DNA of 64,000 nt, taken from assembly GCA_016788905.1 (NCBI GenBank), contig JAEURZ010000003.1:39262-103261 (forward strand). Reading direction: 5' to 3'. This DNA is from Elusimicrobiota bacterium. GTDB lineage: Bacteria > Elusimicrobiota > Elusimicrobia > FEN-1173. Made by a program: the position numbers and the translations under genes. Under the pieces are notes generated by a model. It did no database searches, had not been told where the DNA came from, and was given only the letters and a program-made list of their open reading frames with translations. Shown here piece after piece: positions 46,696 to 54,179 of the stretch. The first letter of the stretch is position 1, and the number at the start of each line of letters is the position of its first letter.

Positions 46696-47874
46696 GTGAA
46701 CCCACAGGCACGGATTCTCTTTTGTTATATTTCCCACGCCAGTGGACACCAGCGGGCCGCGGACGCGGTGATGGGGGTGTTGCGGCGACGTCGGCCGCCG
46801 GTCTCTTGCGAGGGAATTCACTCCATCAATTATTCCAATCCCGTTTTTGGGAAGATTATTTCCAAACTTTATATTCAATTGCTGAAAATGGTTCCCCAGG
46901 TGTGGGACTATTTGTATGACAACCCCTATGTTGAAAAAGCGACTCGGGATCTCCGCGAGTTTATTGGACTTTTCAATACCCGACGCATCACCGAACTTCT
47001 ACGAAAATATCGTCCCAGTTGTTTGGTGTGCACTCAGGCGGTTCCCGCGGGATTGTTGTCGGCAATGAAAGAACGGGGGCTTATTAACGTTCCCCTGGTG
47101 GGCATTATTACCGATTTCGGTGTTCACAAATATTGGATTTCTTCTCAGGTGGATCTTTATCTGGTGCCTTCCAACGAAGTCCGTCGACGGATGATGCGGT
47201 TGGGGGTCTCGGAAGACCGTATTCGAGTGACGGGAATCCCTGTGGACCTTCATTTTGCGCAGCGTCTCGATCGGAGAGCGGCACGAGCGGCCCTGGGGCT
47301 TGGCACTCGGGATCCCCTGATTTTAGTGATGGGCGGTAACTACGGGTTGGGGCCCTTGGAAGACGCCGTCAACGCGTTGCGTCGTATTCCCCTAGGGTTT
47401 CAATTGGTGGTTGTTTGTGGGAACAACCGGTCACTCCTCCGACGGATGACACGCTATTTTGCGGGGGACCGACGCGTTCGGATTTTAGGACACACCCGTA
47501 CGGTTCATCGGCTGATGGGGGCGGCTGATTTGCTGATTTCCAAGCCTGGGGGATTGACCACGTCGGAAGCCTTGGCCCAAGGACTCCCTATGGTGATGAT
47601 AGAACCGATCCCAGGTCAAGAAGAACGGAACGCCACGTATCTCCTTCGACACGGAGCGGCAATTCGGGCTGACACATTGGATGAATTGGTCGAGGTGGTG
47701 AGTCACTTATTTTTGGAGCCTGCTCGCTTGGATCGCTTGAGGGAAAGTGGGGCCCGCTTAGCTCGCCCTTGGGCGGCTCGGGACGCGGCCGATGCGATTC
47801 TTTCTCTGGTGAGCAGTGATCGGGATAGTCCTCCCCGTGCTGTGGGGCGGCGGGTTTCATCGGCGTTCACGTGA
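46696..47874 (+). CDS. MGDG-synthase-like glycosyltransferase (GT28-type diacylglycerol glycosyltransferase)
   Basis: N-terminal 'ILFCYISHASGHQRAADAV' (MGDG_synth domain), C-terminal GT28 'GGNYGLGPLE...SKPGGLTTSEALAQGLPMV'; GTG start. Confidence 0.75.
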   Translation: MNPQARILFCYISHASGHQRAADAVMGVLRRRRPPVSCEGIHSINYSNPVFGKIISKLYIQLLKMVPQVWDYLYDNPYVEKATRDLREFIGLFNTRRITELLRKYRPSCLVCTQAVPAGLLSAMKERGLINVPLVGIITDFGVHKYWISSQVDLYLVPSNEVRRRMMRLGVSEDRIRVTGIPVDLHFAQRLDRRAARAALGLGTRDPLILVMGGNYGLGPLEDAVNALRRIPLGFQLVVVCGNNRSLLRRMTRYFAGDRRVRILGHTRTVHRLMGAADLLISKPGGLTTSEALAQGLPMVMIEPIPGQEERNATYLLRHGAAIRADTLDELVEVVSHLFLEPARLDRLRESGARLARPWAARDAADAILSLVSSDRDSPPRAVGRRVSSAFT

Positions 47875-48701
47875 GTCGAGAATTTTTTTGGGCGTTGGGG
47901 CTTTCTCTTTCCAGCCGTGTTGCGGCGGCCTTGCCTCCTTCTTTGCGTTACCGTTGGGCGTCCGGCCTGGGGAGGGGGATGCGGAAATTGTTTGCAACAA
48001 AATCCGATGCGGTGAGAAAGAACATCGAACGTATGAACGCTTTCTATGGCACGCGGTTTCAGGTGGATCGGGTGTTTGAAAATTTTGGCGTGACATTGGC
48101 TGATTTTTTAGGCCGACAAAAAGTTACTATATCGGTCGAGGGCCGCGATCAGGCCGAGGCGGTCCGCGCTCGTGGGCGTGGGGCCATTCTCTTGACGACG
48201 CACTTAGGTAATTGGGAGATGGGGGGGCGTGTTGTCGCGGAGTGGGGGTGGCCTGTGACGGCCGTGTTTCAGCCCTATCGATCCCGTGCCATGCAACATT
48301 TTATTCAGTCTCGGAGGCCGTCGGGGTTTTCGTATCTGGCGGTGGGGCGGGGGGCCGCTCACGGAATTGCCAAAGCCCTGCGACGGAGAGAGACGGTCGC
48401 CATGTTGGGGGACCGTCCTTTTGGGGAGGATGGTGGTCGGGTTTCCCTTTGTGGAAGCGAGATTCGTCTCCCCCGCGGACCATTCCTTTTTGCAAGTCGC
48501 CTGGGGTGTCCGATCCTTCCCGGGTTCGCTCTCATGGATCGACCGGGCCACTACCGGGTTGTTGTGGAGGGTCCTTTATGGCCGGAAGGCCCCGACCCTG
48601 TTCAGAATCTTATGGACAAGATGGCCCAAGTATTGGGAAAATACGTTGCCACTCATGGTGACCAATGGTATTGCTTCGAGCCGTTGTGGGAAAACCAATA
48701 A
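47871..48701 (+). CDS. lysophospholipid/lipid-A-type acyltransferase (LpxL/HtrB family)
   Basis: 'ILLTTHLGNWEMGG' (HX4D-variant acyltransferase motif); GTGA overlap with the upstream glycosyltransferase. Confidence 0.75.
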   Translation: MSREFFWALGLSLSSRVAAALPPSLRYRWASGLGRGMRKLFATKSDAVRKNIERMNAFYGTRFQVDRVFENFGVTLADFLGRQKVTISVEGRDQAEAVRARGRGAILLTTHLGNWEMGGRVVAEWGWPVTAVFQPYRSRAMQHFIQSRRPSGFSYLAVGRGAAHGIAKALRRRETVAMLGDRPFGEDGGRVSLCGSEIRLPRGPFLFASRLGCPILPGFALMDRPGHYRVVVEGPLWPEGPDPVQNLMDKMAQVLGKYVATHGDQWYCFEPLWENQ

Positions 48702-48708
48702 AGTCTGA

Positions 48709-48756
48709 ACGGAAGGCGGGCGGAAACATTAATTTACGGGGTGTAGCGCAGTTGGG
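48709..48756 (+). repeat. direct repeat A1: upstream flank plus 5' 19 nt of tRNA-Pro(CGG), duplicated
   Basis: 'aacggaaggcgggcgga...ttacggggtgtagcgcagttgg' recurs at 48855-48902, differing only in a ~9-nt central patch. Confidence 0.6.
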
Positions 48757-48854
48757 TCCCGTGTGCCGAGTAGGGCACACGATTGGGACGACCGGCTTTA
48801 GCCGGGCCGGCCTGGAACCCCTGTGTGAGGGTTGGAAGGCGCGCTTGGTTCGAA

Positions 48855-48902
48855 AACGGAAGGCGGGCGGAGGTAGTGATTTACGGGGTGTAGCGCAGTT
48901 GG
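48855..48902 (+). repeat. direct repeat A2 (authentic copy running into tRNA-Pro(CGG))
   Basis: Same sequence as A1; the 98-nt spacer 48757-48854 carries the hairpin 'cgtgtgccgagtagggcacacg'. Confidence 0.6.
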
Positions 48903-48956
48903 TAGCGCGCTTGGTTCGGGACCAAGAGGTCCGGGGTTCAAGTCCCCGCACCCCGA
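48884..48956 (+). tRNA. tRNA-Pro (anticodon CGG)
   Basis: Acceptor CGGGGTG/CACCCCG, D-arm GCGC-AGTTGGTA-GCGC, anticodon stem CTTGG/CCAAG with loop TTCGGGA, T-arm CGGGG-TTCAAGT-CCCCG, discriminator A. Confidence 0.85.
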
Positions 48957-48964
48957 TTTTTAAG
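48944..48964 (+). repeat. att-like 21-bp direct repeat, copy 1 (tRNA 3' end + 8 nt)
   Basis: 'ccccgcaccccgatttttaag' is repeated perfectly at 49145-49165. Confidence 0.65.
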
Positions 48965-49144
48965 TTAGGTGATGTTCATCACTGCGATCGGTTCGTTTTG
49001 GGGGTTGGTGGAAGTCGTTCGTTGCACTTACCGCGGGACCCGGGGCCTGTTCGGCCCGTCGTAAACGTCCCCTTTGGGGCCGGCCGCTGTTCGCGGCGTG
49101 CCAAACGTGTGCCACTGGCACACGGCACCCACAGGCACCCACGA

Positions 49145-49165
49145 CCCCGCACCCCGATTTTTAAG
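49145..49165 (+). repeat. att-like 21-bp direct repeat, copy 2
   Basis: Perfect copy of the tRNA-Pro(CGG) 3' end plus flank, 180 bp downstream of copy 1. The intervening segment carries the palindrome 'gtgtgccactggcacac'. Confidence 0.65.
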
Positions 49166-49172
49166 GGAAAAG

Positions 49173-49448
49173 ATGCTTAGTCGTCGGCGATGGCGATTTG
49201 ATGGGCGGGTTCAGGGGGTCGGTTTTCGGGCCTTTTGTGAGGAAGCGGCTCTTTCTCGCGGAATTCGGGGGTGGGTCCGTAACGAATTTGACGGGTCGGT
49301 TTCCCTTGAAGCGGAAGGGGAGGTGGACGTCTTGGCGGACCTTCTAAATCATGTCCGAACCTCTCACCTGCTGGCGCGTGTGGATCGCACTGAGGAGATT
49401 CCATTAACACCCAAGAATGATCCCGCGGAGATGTTTATCATTCGATGA
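49173..49448 (+). CDS. acyP: acylphosphatase
   Basis: 'WRFDGRVQGVGFRAFCEEAALSRGIRGWVRNEFDGSVSLEAEGE'; the ATG at 49173 is internal to the longer ORF-track ORF. Confidence 0.85.
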   Translation: MLSRRRWRFDGRVQGVGFRAFCEEAALSRGIRGWVRNEFDGSVSLEAEGEVDVLADLLNHVRTSHLLARVDRTEEIPLTPKNDPAEMFIIR

Positions 49449-49560
49449 ATCCTTCCGGTTCTAACGAGCCGCATTTTTTTATGTTGGCAAGGGATCGGGG
49501 TTTGTGTAGGTGGTTCTGGCGAATTTTTTGGGTTGAGGCGATTTGAAGGAGATCACCGGA

Positions 49561-50391
49561 ATGGCGGAAAGTTTGGATGCGGTTACGCTCTACTTTCATG
49601 GGGTTAAGCGTCTTCAGGATGTGTCCAAAGAAGACGTGACTGAATTGTGGCGCCGAGCCAAAAAAGGCGATAAGAAATCCAAGAAACGGTTGGTCGAATC
49701 AAATTTACGATTGGTGATTCCTGTCGCCAAGAAATATTTTCGTTCCGGGGTTGATTTTATCGACCTCATTATGGAAGGGAATTTGGGTTTGATGCACGCG
49801 GTCGATAAATTTGATCCCAAACGAGGGTTTCGATTTTCGACCTACGCGTCGTATTGGATCGAGCAATCGATTCGTCGGGCTTACGATGAACAATCAAAAT
49901 TGATTCGTATACCGCCCCACGCGCTGGAAGCCCTTCGTCGGTGGTTAAGAGAATGGGAGCGGTTGAGGGTTGAACACGGTCGGAGCCCGACCATTCAAGA
50001 AATGGGAAAAAAACTCTCACTTTCCCCGAGGCAAATTCGCAGCGTTGTGGACGCTCATGAAGCGGCCAGGCCTGTGGGGAGCCTGGATATGCCGTTGGAT
50101 GAAGACGAAAACCTTTTTATTCGCGACATGGTGAGTGATCGGCCGGATCAGGGGCCGGAACGTATTTTTTCACTTCTCCGGGATCGGAGTGATGTGGCCA
50201 CCGCCCTCAGGGGGGTCAGCCAACGGGAGAGATCTATTTTGGAAATGCGTTATGGTGTGACGGGAAAAGAGCCCATGACATTAGAAGAGGTGGGAAAAAA
50301 AATGCGAATCTCCCGGGAACGGGTTCGCCAATTGGAAGAACGCGCGATGGCGCGGCTGCGTCGCGTGAGTCACCGAATGGGGCTGCGGTGA
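49561..50391 (+). CDS. RNA polymerase sigma-70-family sigma factor (alternative, group 2/3-like; no region 1.1)
   Basis: Region 2 'DLIMEGNLGLMHAVDKFDPKRGFRFSTYASYWIEQSIRRAY'; region 4 'LEEVGKKMRISRERVRQLEERAMARLRR'. Start at 49561 (RBS 'gaaggag' 7 nt upstream) preferred over the in-frame ATG at 49543. Confidence 0.8.
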   Translation: MAESLDAVTLYFHGVKRLQDVSKEDVTELWRRAKKGDKKSKKRLVESNLRLVIPVAKKYFRSGVDFIDLIMEGNLGLMHAVDKFDPKRGFRFSTYASYWIEQSIRRAYDEQSKLIRIPPHALEALRRWLREWERLRVEHGRSPTIQEMGKKLSLSPRQIRSVVDAHEAARPVGSLDMPLDEDENLFIRDMVSDRPDQGPERIFSLLRDRSDVATALRGVSQRERSILEMRYGVTGKEPMTLEEVGKKMRISRERVRQLEERAMARLRRVSHRMGLR

Positions 50392-50930
50392 CATCGGTTT
50401 CCTCCGCTCTCCCCGTGGATTTGCGGTCTCTTATTCGAGACATTCCGGATTTCCCCAAGAAAGGAATTGTTTTTAAGGACATCACGCCTCTCCTGGGGGA
50501 CGGACCGGCGTTTGCCCATTCGATTGATCTCTTGGCGAAGGTGGGAGAACGGCATCGTGTTGACAAAGTGATTTCCATTGAATCCCGAGGGTTTATCTTT
50601 GGATCGGCGGTGGCTTGTCGATTGGGTGTTGGGCTGGTTCCTGTCCGAAAAAAAGGACGACTGCCCTATCAGACGATTTCCGCCCGTTACGCGTTGGAAT
50701 ACGGGGAAGACACGTTGCAAATGCATGTGGACGCTCTTCGCCCAAACGAACGCGTCATTGTTGTTGACGATGTGTTGGCCACAGGGGGAACCGCAGGGGC
50801 GGTAGCGCGGCTGGTGGCCGAAGCGGGCGGCCTCGTGATGGGAGCGGCCTTTGCGATCGAGCTGAATTTCTTAAAGGGACGTGAACGGTTGAGTGGATTT
50901 GAGGTGGTGTCTCTCATTCAATACGATTGA
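50388..50930 (+). CDS. apt: adenine phosphoribosyltransferase
   Basis: 'DFPKKGIVFKDITPLLGD', PRPP motif 'VIVVDDVLATGGTAGA'; GTG start in a GTGA overlap with the sigma-factor stop. Confidence 0.9.
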   Translation: MTSVSSALPVDLRSLIRDIPDFPKKGIVFKDITPLLGDGPAFAHSIDLLAKVGERHRVDKVISIESRGFIFGSAVACRLGVGLVPVRKKGRLPYQTISARYALEYGEDTLQMHVDALRPNERVIVVDDVLATGGTAGAVARLVAEAGGLVMGAAFAIELNFLKGRERLSGFEVVSLIQYD

Positions 50931-50967
50931 CTTCTTTTCTGTTGGAATAGGGTCGTTTTCCGCCCAA

Positions 50968-51041
50968 GCCTCCGTAGCTCAATTGGATAGAGCGGCTCCG
51001 TCCTAAGGAGAAGGTTGGTGGTTCAAGTCCGCCCGGGGGCG
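50968..51041 (+). tRNA. tRNA-Arg (anticodon CCT)
   Basis: Acceptor GCCTCCG/CGGGGGC (one G-U), D-arm GCTC-AATTGGATA-GAGC, anticodon loop GTCCTAA, T-arm GGTGG-TTCAAGT-CCGCC, discriminator G. Confidence 0.85.
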
Positions 51042-51087
51042 TGGGCGGAAAATGAGTGGATCAATACGATCAAAGGGTGGGCTCTTT

Positions 51088-51789
51088 ATGTCATCAAATA
51101 TTTTCTCATTGCCGGGCCGTGCTCACGTGCCGGTGACCAAAGGCGAAAAAGTGGCGCAGTGGATCGTGACGCATCGGGCCCAATTGGGCTTGGCTCTCGT
51201 TACGCTCATTTTGGCGGGGGGCCTCGCGGGCCTCATTGTGGTGAATCGAAAAAAGCTTCAGGAAGGGGGAATCCTTCAGCTGGCGAAGGCCCGTTATCAG
51301 GCCTCCCAGGGGGCAATGAAAGAGGCTTTGGGGGCCATTGACGAAGTCATCAATACCCAACGAACGAACGCCGTGGGGATGCAGGCCTATATTTTAAAAG
51401 GGGACATTTTGTTCAGCGACCGAAAGTTCGAAGAGGCCGCAAAAAATTATCGCGCAGGATTTGGTCAAGCGTCGCTCCCCGCTTACAAGGTGTTGATGTT
51501 GGCCGGACAGGCTTCTTCTGCTGTGGAACTTCAGCAGTACAAGGAAGCCATTGGGTTTTATGACCAATTGGTTCGGGACTACCCGGATCATTTCCTTGTC
51601 CCCCGGGCGTATATGGAGCTCGGTCGATTGCATTCCGCTCTTCAGCAATGGGCGGAGGCGAAAGTCTCTTACGAAAGGCTCCTCACTCTTTACTCCAAGT
51701 CCCCTTGGGCGGTTGAGGCTGAAGTGAATCTCGCGGCTGTCGCGGCGAAGCTGCCTTCTGAAAGGCCGGTTCCTGAACCGATCAAATAA
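51088..51789 (+). CDS. membrane-anchored TPR-like protein (YfgM/UPF0070-like)
   Basis: N-terminal TM 'LGLALVTLILAGGLAGLIVV' followed by helical repeats ('AYILKGDILFSDRKFEEAAKNYRAGF', 'AYMELGRLHSALQQWAEAKVSYERLL'). Confidence 0.55.
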   Translation: MSSNIFSLPGRAHVPVTKGEKVAQWIVTHRAQLGLALVTLILAGGLAGLIVVNRKKLQEGGILQLAKARYQASQGAMKEALGAIDEVINTQRTNAVGMQAYILKGDILFSDRKFEEAAKNYRAGFGQASLPAYKVLMLAGQASSAVELQQYKEAIGFYDQLVRDYPDHFLVPRAYMELGRLHSALQQWAEAKVSYERLLTLYSKSPWAVEAEVNLAAVAAKLPSERPVPEPIK

Positions 51790-51811
51790 ATAAATGAGAG
51801 TGAGAACACCA

Positions 51812-51840
51812 TTGACAGAGACGTTTGGTTCTGTTAGTAT
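51812..51840 (+). promoter_or_regulatory. sigma70-type promoter of the infC-rpmI-rplT operon (TTGACA-N17-TAGTAT)
   Basis: Consensus -35 hexamer with 17-nt spacer and near-consensus -10, read directly; 115 nt upstream of infC. Confidence 0.45.
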
Positions 51841-51858
51841 GACACCGCAACACGACGC

Positions 51859-51887
51859 AGGGGCGGACTTCCTCCCCTGTTATTTTT
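51859..51887 (+). terminator. leader hairpin + U-tract (candidate L20-responsive attenuator / ribosomal-protein leader)
   Basis: 'aggggcgg-actt-cctcccct' stem-loop followed by 'gttattttt', located between the promoter and infC. Confidence 0.4.
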
Positions 51888-51955
51888 AGGAGACAACGAG
51901 CATCTACCCTAAACCTTTTACGCGGCCTCCAGTAGGAAATACCAGTGGACCGCGA

Positions 51956-52450
51956 GTGAATAACCAAATACGGTCTCAGCAGGTCCGTCTCATTGATGAG
52001 GATGGAACCCAGTTGGGAATCAAAAACCTGGATGAGGCCATTCGCACGGCCCAAGACAGAGGGAAGGATTTAGTTGAGGTCGCCCCCCTGGCAAATCCCC
52101 CGGTGTGTAAAGTGGTGGACTTCTCCAAGTATCGCTACGAAAAAGAGAAGCAAAAGAAAGAAGCGAAAAAGCACGCGAAGGGTGGCCAGGTTAAAGAAGT
52201 TCGGTTTCGGCCCCGTATTGGGGAGCATGATTTTGATACGAAACTAAGGTCCATTCAAAAGTTTTTAGATGGGCGGGATAAGGTGCGTATTACCGTGATG
52301 TTCCGCGGGCGGGAAATGGAACACAAAGATTTGGGCCATAAAATCATTGAACGGATCAAGGGTATTTTGGGCGAAGCGGCCACGGTGGAATCTTCCCCAA
52401 CGATGTTCGGGAACCGGATGATCCTGATGTTGGCCCCCCAGAAAAAGTAG
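51956..52450 (+). CDS. infC: translation initiation factor IF-3
   Basis: 'IRSQQVRLIDEDGTQLGIKNLDEAIRTAQDRGKDLVEVAPLANPPVCKVVDFSKYRYE'; non-ATG (GTG) start as usual for infC. Confidence 0.9.
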   Translation: MNNQIRSQQVRLIDEDGTQLGIKNLDEAIRTAQDRGKDLVEVAPLANPPVCKVVDFSKYRYEKEKQKKEAKKHAKGGQVKEVRFRPRIGEHDFDTKLRSIQKFLDGRDKVRITVMFRGREMEHKDLGHKIIERIKGILGEAATVESSPTMFGNRMILMLAPQKK

Positions 52451-52507
52451 CGGACACGATTTTTACACCGGAACTATGTCCGGTCAATAAATAAGTCGAG
52501 TTCATTC

Positions 52508-52708
52508 ATGCCAAAAATTAAAAGTCACAGTGGAGCGAAAAAGCGTTTTCGAATCACCGCTCAAGGGCACGTCATGCATCAAACGCAGGGACGACGGCAT
52601 CTCTTGATCGGTATGTCTTCCAATCGGCGCCGTCGTTTCCTGAAAGACAACAAATTGAACACCAAACAATCCGATATGATTAAAGCGATCTTGCCCTATG
52701 CGCGTTAA
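52508..52708 (+). CDS. rpmI: 50S ribosomal protein L35
   Basis: 'MPKIKSHSGAKKRFRITAQG'. Confidence 0.9.
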   Translation: MPKIKSHSGAKKRFRITAQGHVMHQTQGRRHLLIGMSSNRRRRFLKDNKLNTKQSDMIKAILPYAR

Positions 52709-53063
52709 AAGTTCTGTTTACACTCGTCAGCGAAAAAAGAAATGGTTCCGTCGCGCCAAAGGGGCCTACGCCACGAAAAGTACCCGGTGGCGGATGGTTA
52801 TTCAACATTTGGAAATGTCCATGCGGCATATGTATCGGGGTCGCAAAGATAAAAAGCGTGACATGCGGGCTATTTGGATTCAACGAATCAATGCCGCTTC
52901 CCGTGCGGAAGGCTTGAGTTACTCACGCTTTTTCTCGGGTTTAAAAAAGGCCGGTGTCGTCATGGATCGCAAGGTGATTGCGACCATGGCCACGGAAGAC
53001 CAGGCGTCCTTCCAGAAACTCGCGGCAGTGGCTCGAGAACACGCCTTCGTTAAAGCGGCGTAG
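52698..53063 (+). CDS. rplT: 50S ribosomal protein L20
   Basis: 'IWIQRINAASRAEGLSYSRFFSGLKKAGVVMDRKVIATMA'. Confidence 0.9.
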   Translation: MRVKSSVYTRQRKKKWFRRAKGAYATKSTRWRMVIQHLEMSMRHMYRGRKDKKRDMRAIWIQRINAASRAEGLSYSRFFSGLKKAGVVMDRKVIATMATEDQASFQKLAAVAREHAFVKAA

Positions 53064-53114
53064 TCTTTCCGGGCTGGACCCGGTGTTCTGACTTTCCGGG
53101 CCCCGTCGTTCTTT

Positions 53115-54179
53115 ATGTCCGCCCTCCTTTCACAACTGGAATCCCTTCGAACCGAGAGTCTTGCGGAGGCTGCGTCATTAGCCGATGGGGACGCGTTGGA
53201 AGCTTATCGTCTCAAATACCTCGGTCGTAAAGAAGGGGCGTTAACGCGGATTCTTACCGCCCTCCCGGGTTTACCCAGTGACGAAAAACGCGATGTTGGA
53301 CGGCGTGCCAACGAACTAAAAGTTGCCATTGAAGCGAGTGTGGACCGCCGAAAGAAAGAATTGGACAATGCCCGCCTAACCTCTGAGCTCTCAAAATCAA
53401 AAATTGATCTTTCCTTGCCGGGATTCCCCTTGCGGCGTGGGGGCCAGCATCCCTTGACGCGGGTGATGGAGGAGATTACTGATGTTTTTTTACGGTTGGG
53501 TTTTTCCATTGCGGAAGGACCTGAGGCCGAAACAGATGATAATAACTTCACCGCTCTCAACCACCCACCGGATCATCCCGCTCGAGACTCTCACGACACG
53601 TTCTACTTAAAGGACTTTACCGATCGAGCGGGTCAACCGCTTCTTCTTCGTACGCACACCTCCCCCGTTCAAATTCGGCATTTGCGGTCTCGCAAGCCTC
53701 CTGTCTACATCGTTGCTCCAGGGCGAGTTTTTCGTCATGAAAATGTGGACGCCACGCACTCCTACGTTTTTCATCAGGTGGAAGGTCTCGCGGTGGATAT
53801 CGGGATTTCCGTGGCGGATCTGAAGGGGGTATTGACCCTTTTCGCGGAACGTCTTTTCGGCGATCGGGGGGTCTCCGTTAAAACACGCTTTCGTCCTTCT
53901 TTTTTTCCTTTCGTTGAACCTGGTCTTGAAATGGATATCTCCTGCACGCTCTGTGGTCAAAAAGGGTGCCGGGTGTGCAAGTTCACGGGGTGGGTGGAAA
54001 TGTTAGGGTCGGGTCTTGTTCATCCGAATGTTCTTCGGTCCGTGGGGTGTGACCCGGAAAAATATTCGGGCTGGGCTTTTGGCATAGGGGTGGAGCGGGT
54101 GGCCATGTTCAAATACGGAGTGGACGACATGCGCCTTTTCTACGAGAACGACATTCGGTTCTTGGAGAATTTCGCGTGA
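53115..54179 (+). CDS. pheS: phenylalanine--tRNA ligase alpha subunit
   Basis: Class-II core 'FRPSFFPFVEPGLEMDISC', 'GWAFGIGVERVAMFKYGVDD'. Confidence 0.9.
   Translation: MSALLSQLESLRTESLAEAASLADGDALEAYRLKYLGRKEGALTRILTALPGLPSDEKRDVGRRANELKVAIEASVDRRKKELDNARLTSELSKSKIDLSLPGFPLRRGGQHPLTRVMEEITDVFLRLGFSIAEGPEAETDDNNFTALNHPPDHPARDSHDTFYLKDFTDRAGQPLLLRTHTSPVQIRHLRSRKPPVYIVAPGRVFRHENVDATHSYVFHQVEGLAVDIGISVADLKGVLTLFAERLFGDRGVSVKTRFRPSFFPFVEPGLEMDISCTLCGQKGCRVCKFTGWVEMLGSGLVHPNVLRSVGCDPEKYSGWAFGIGVERVAMFKYGVDDMRLFYENDIRFLENFA

Noticed and set aside
48738-48860. Second intact tRNA gene (or intron-containing tRNA) upstream of tRNA-Pro(CGG)
   Set aside because: The upstream copy has the acceptor 5' strand and D-arm start but no matching 3' acceptor strand (CACCCCG) within reach. 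I interpret it as a partial duplication or pseudo-tRNA, not a functional gene.
53064-53114. T-box riboswitch upstream of pheS
   Set aside because: The rplT-pheS spacer is only ~50 nt and contains just a short hairpin ('ccgggctggacccgg'). That is too short for a T-box leader.
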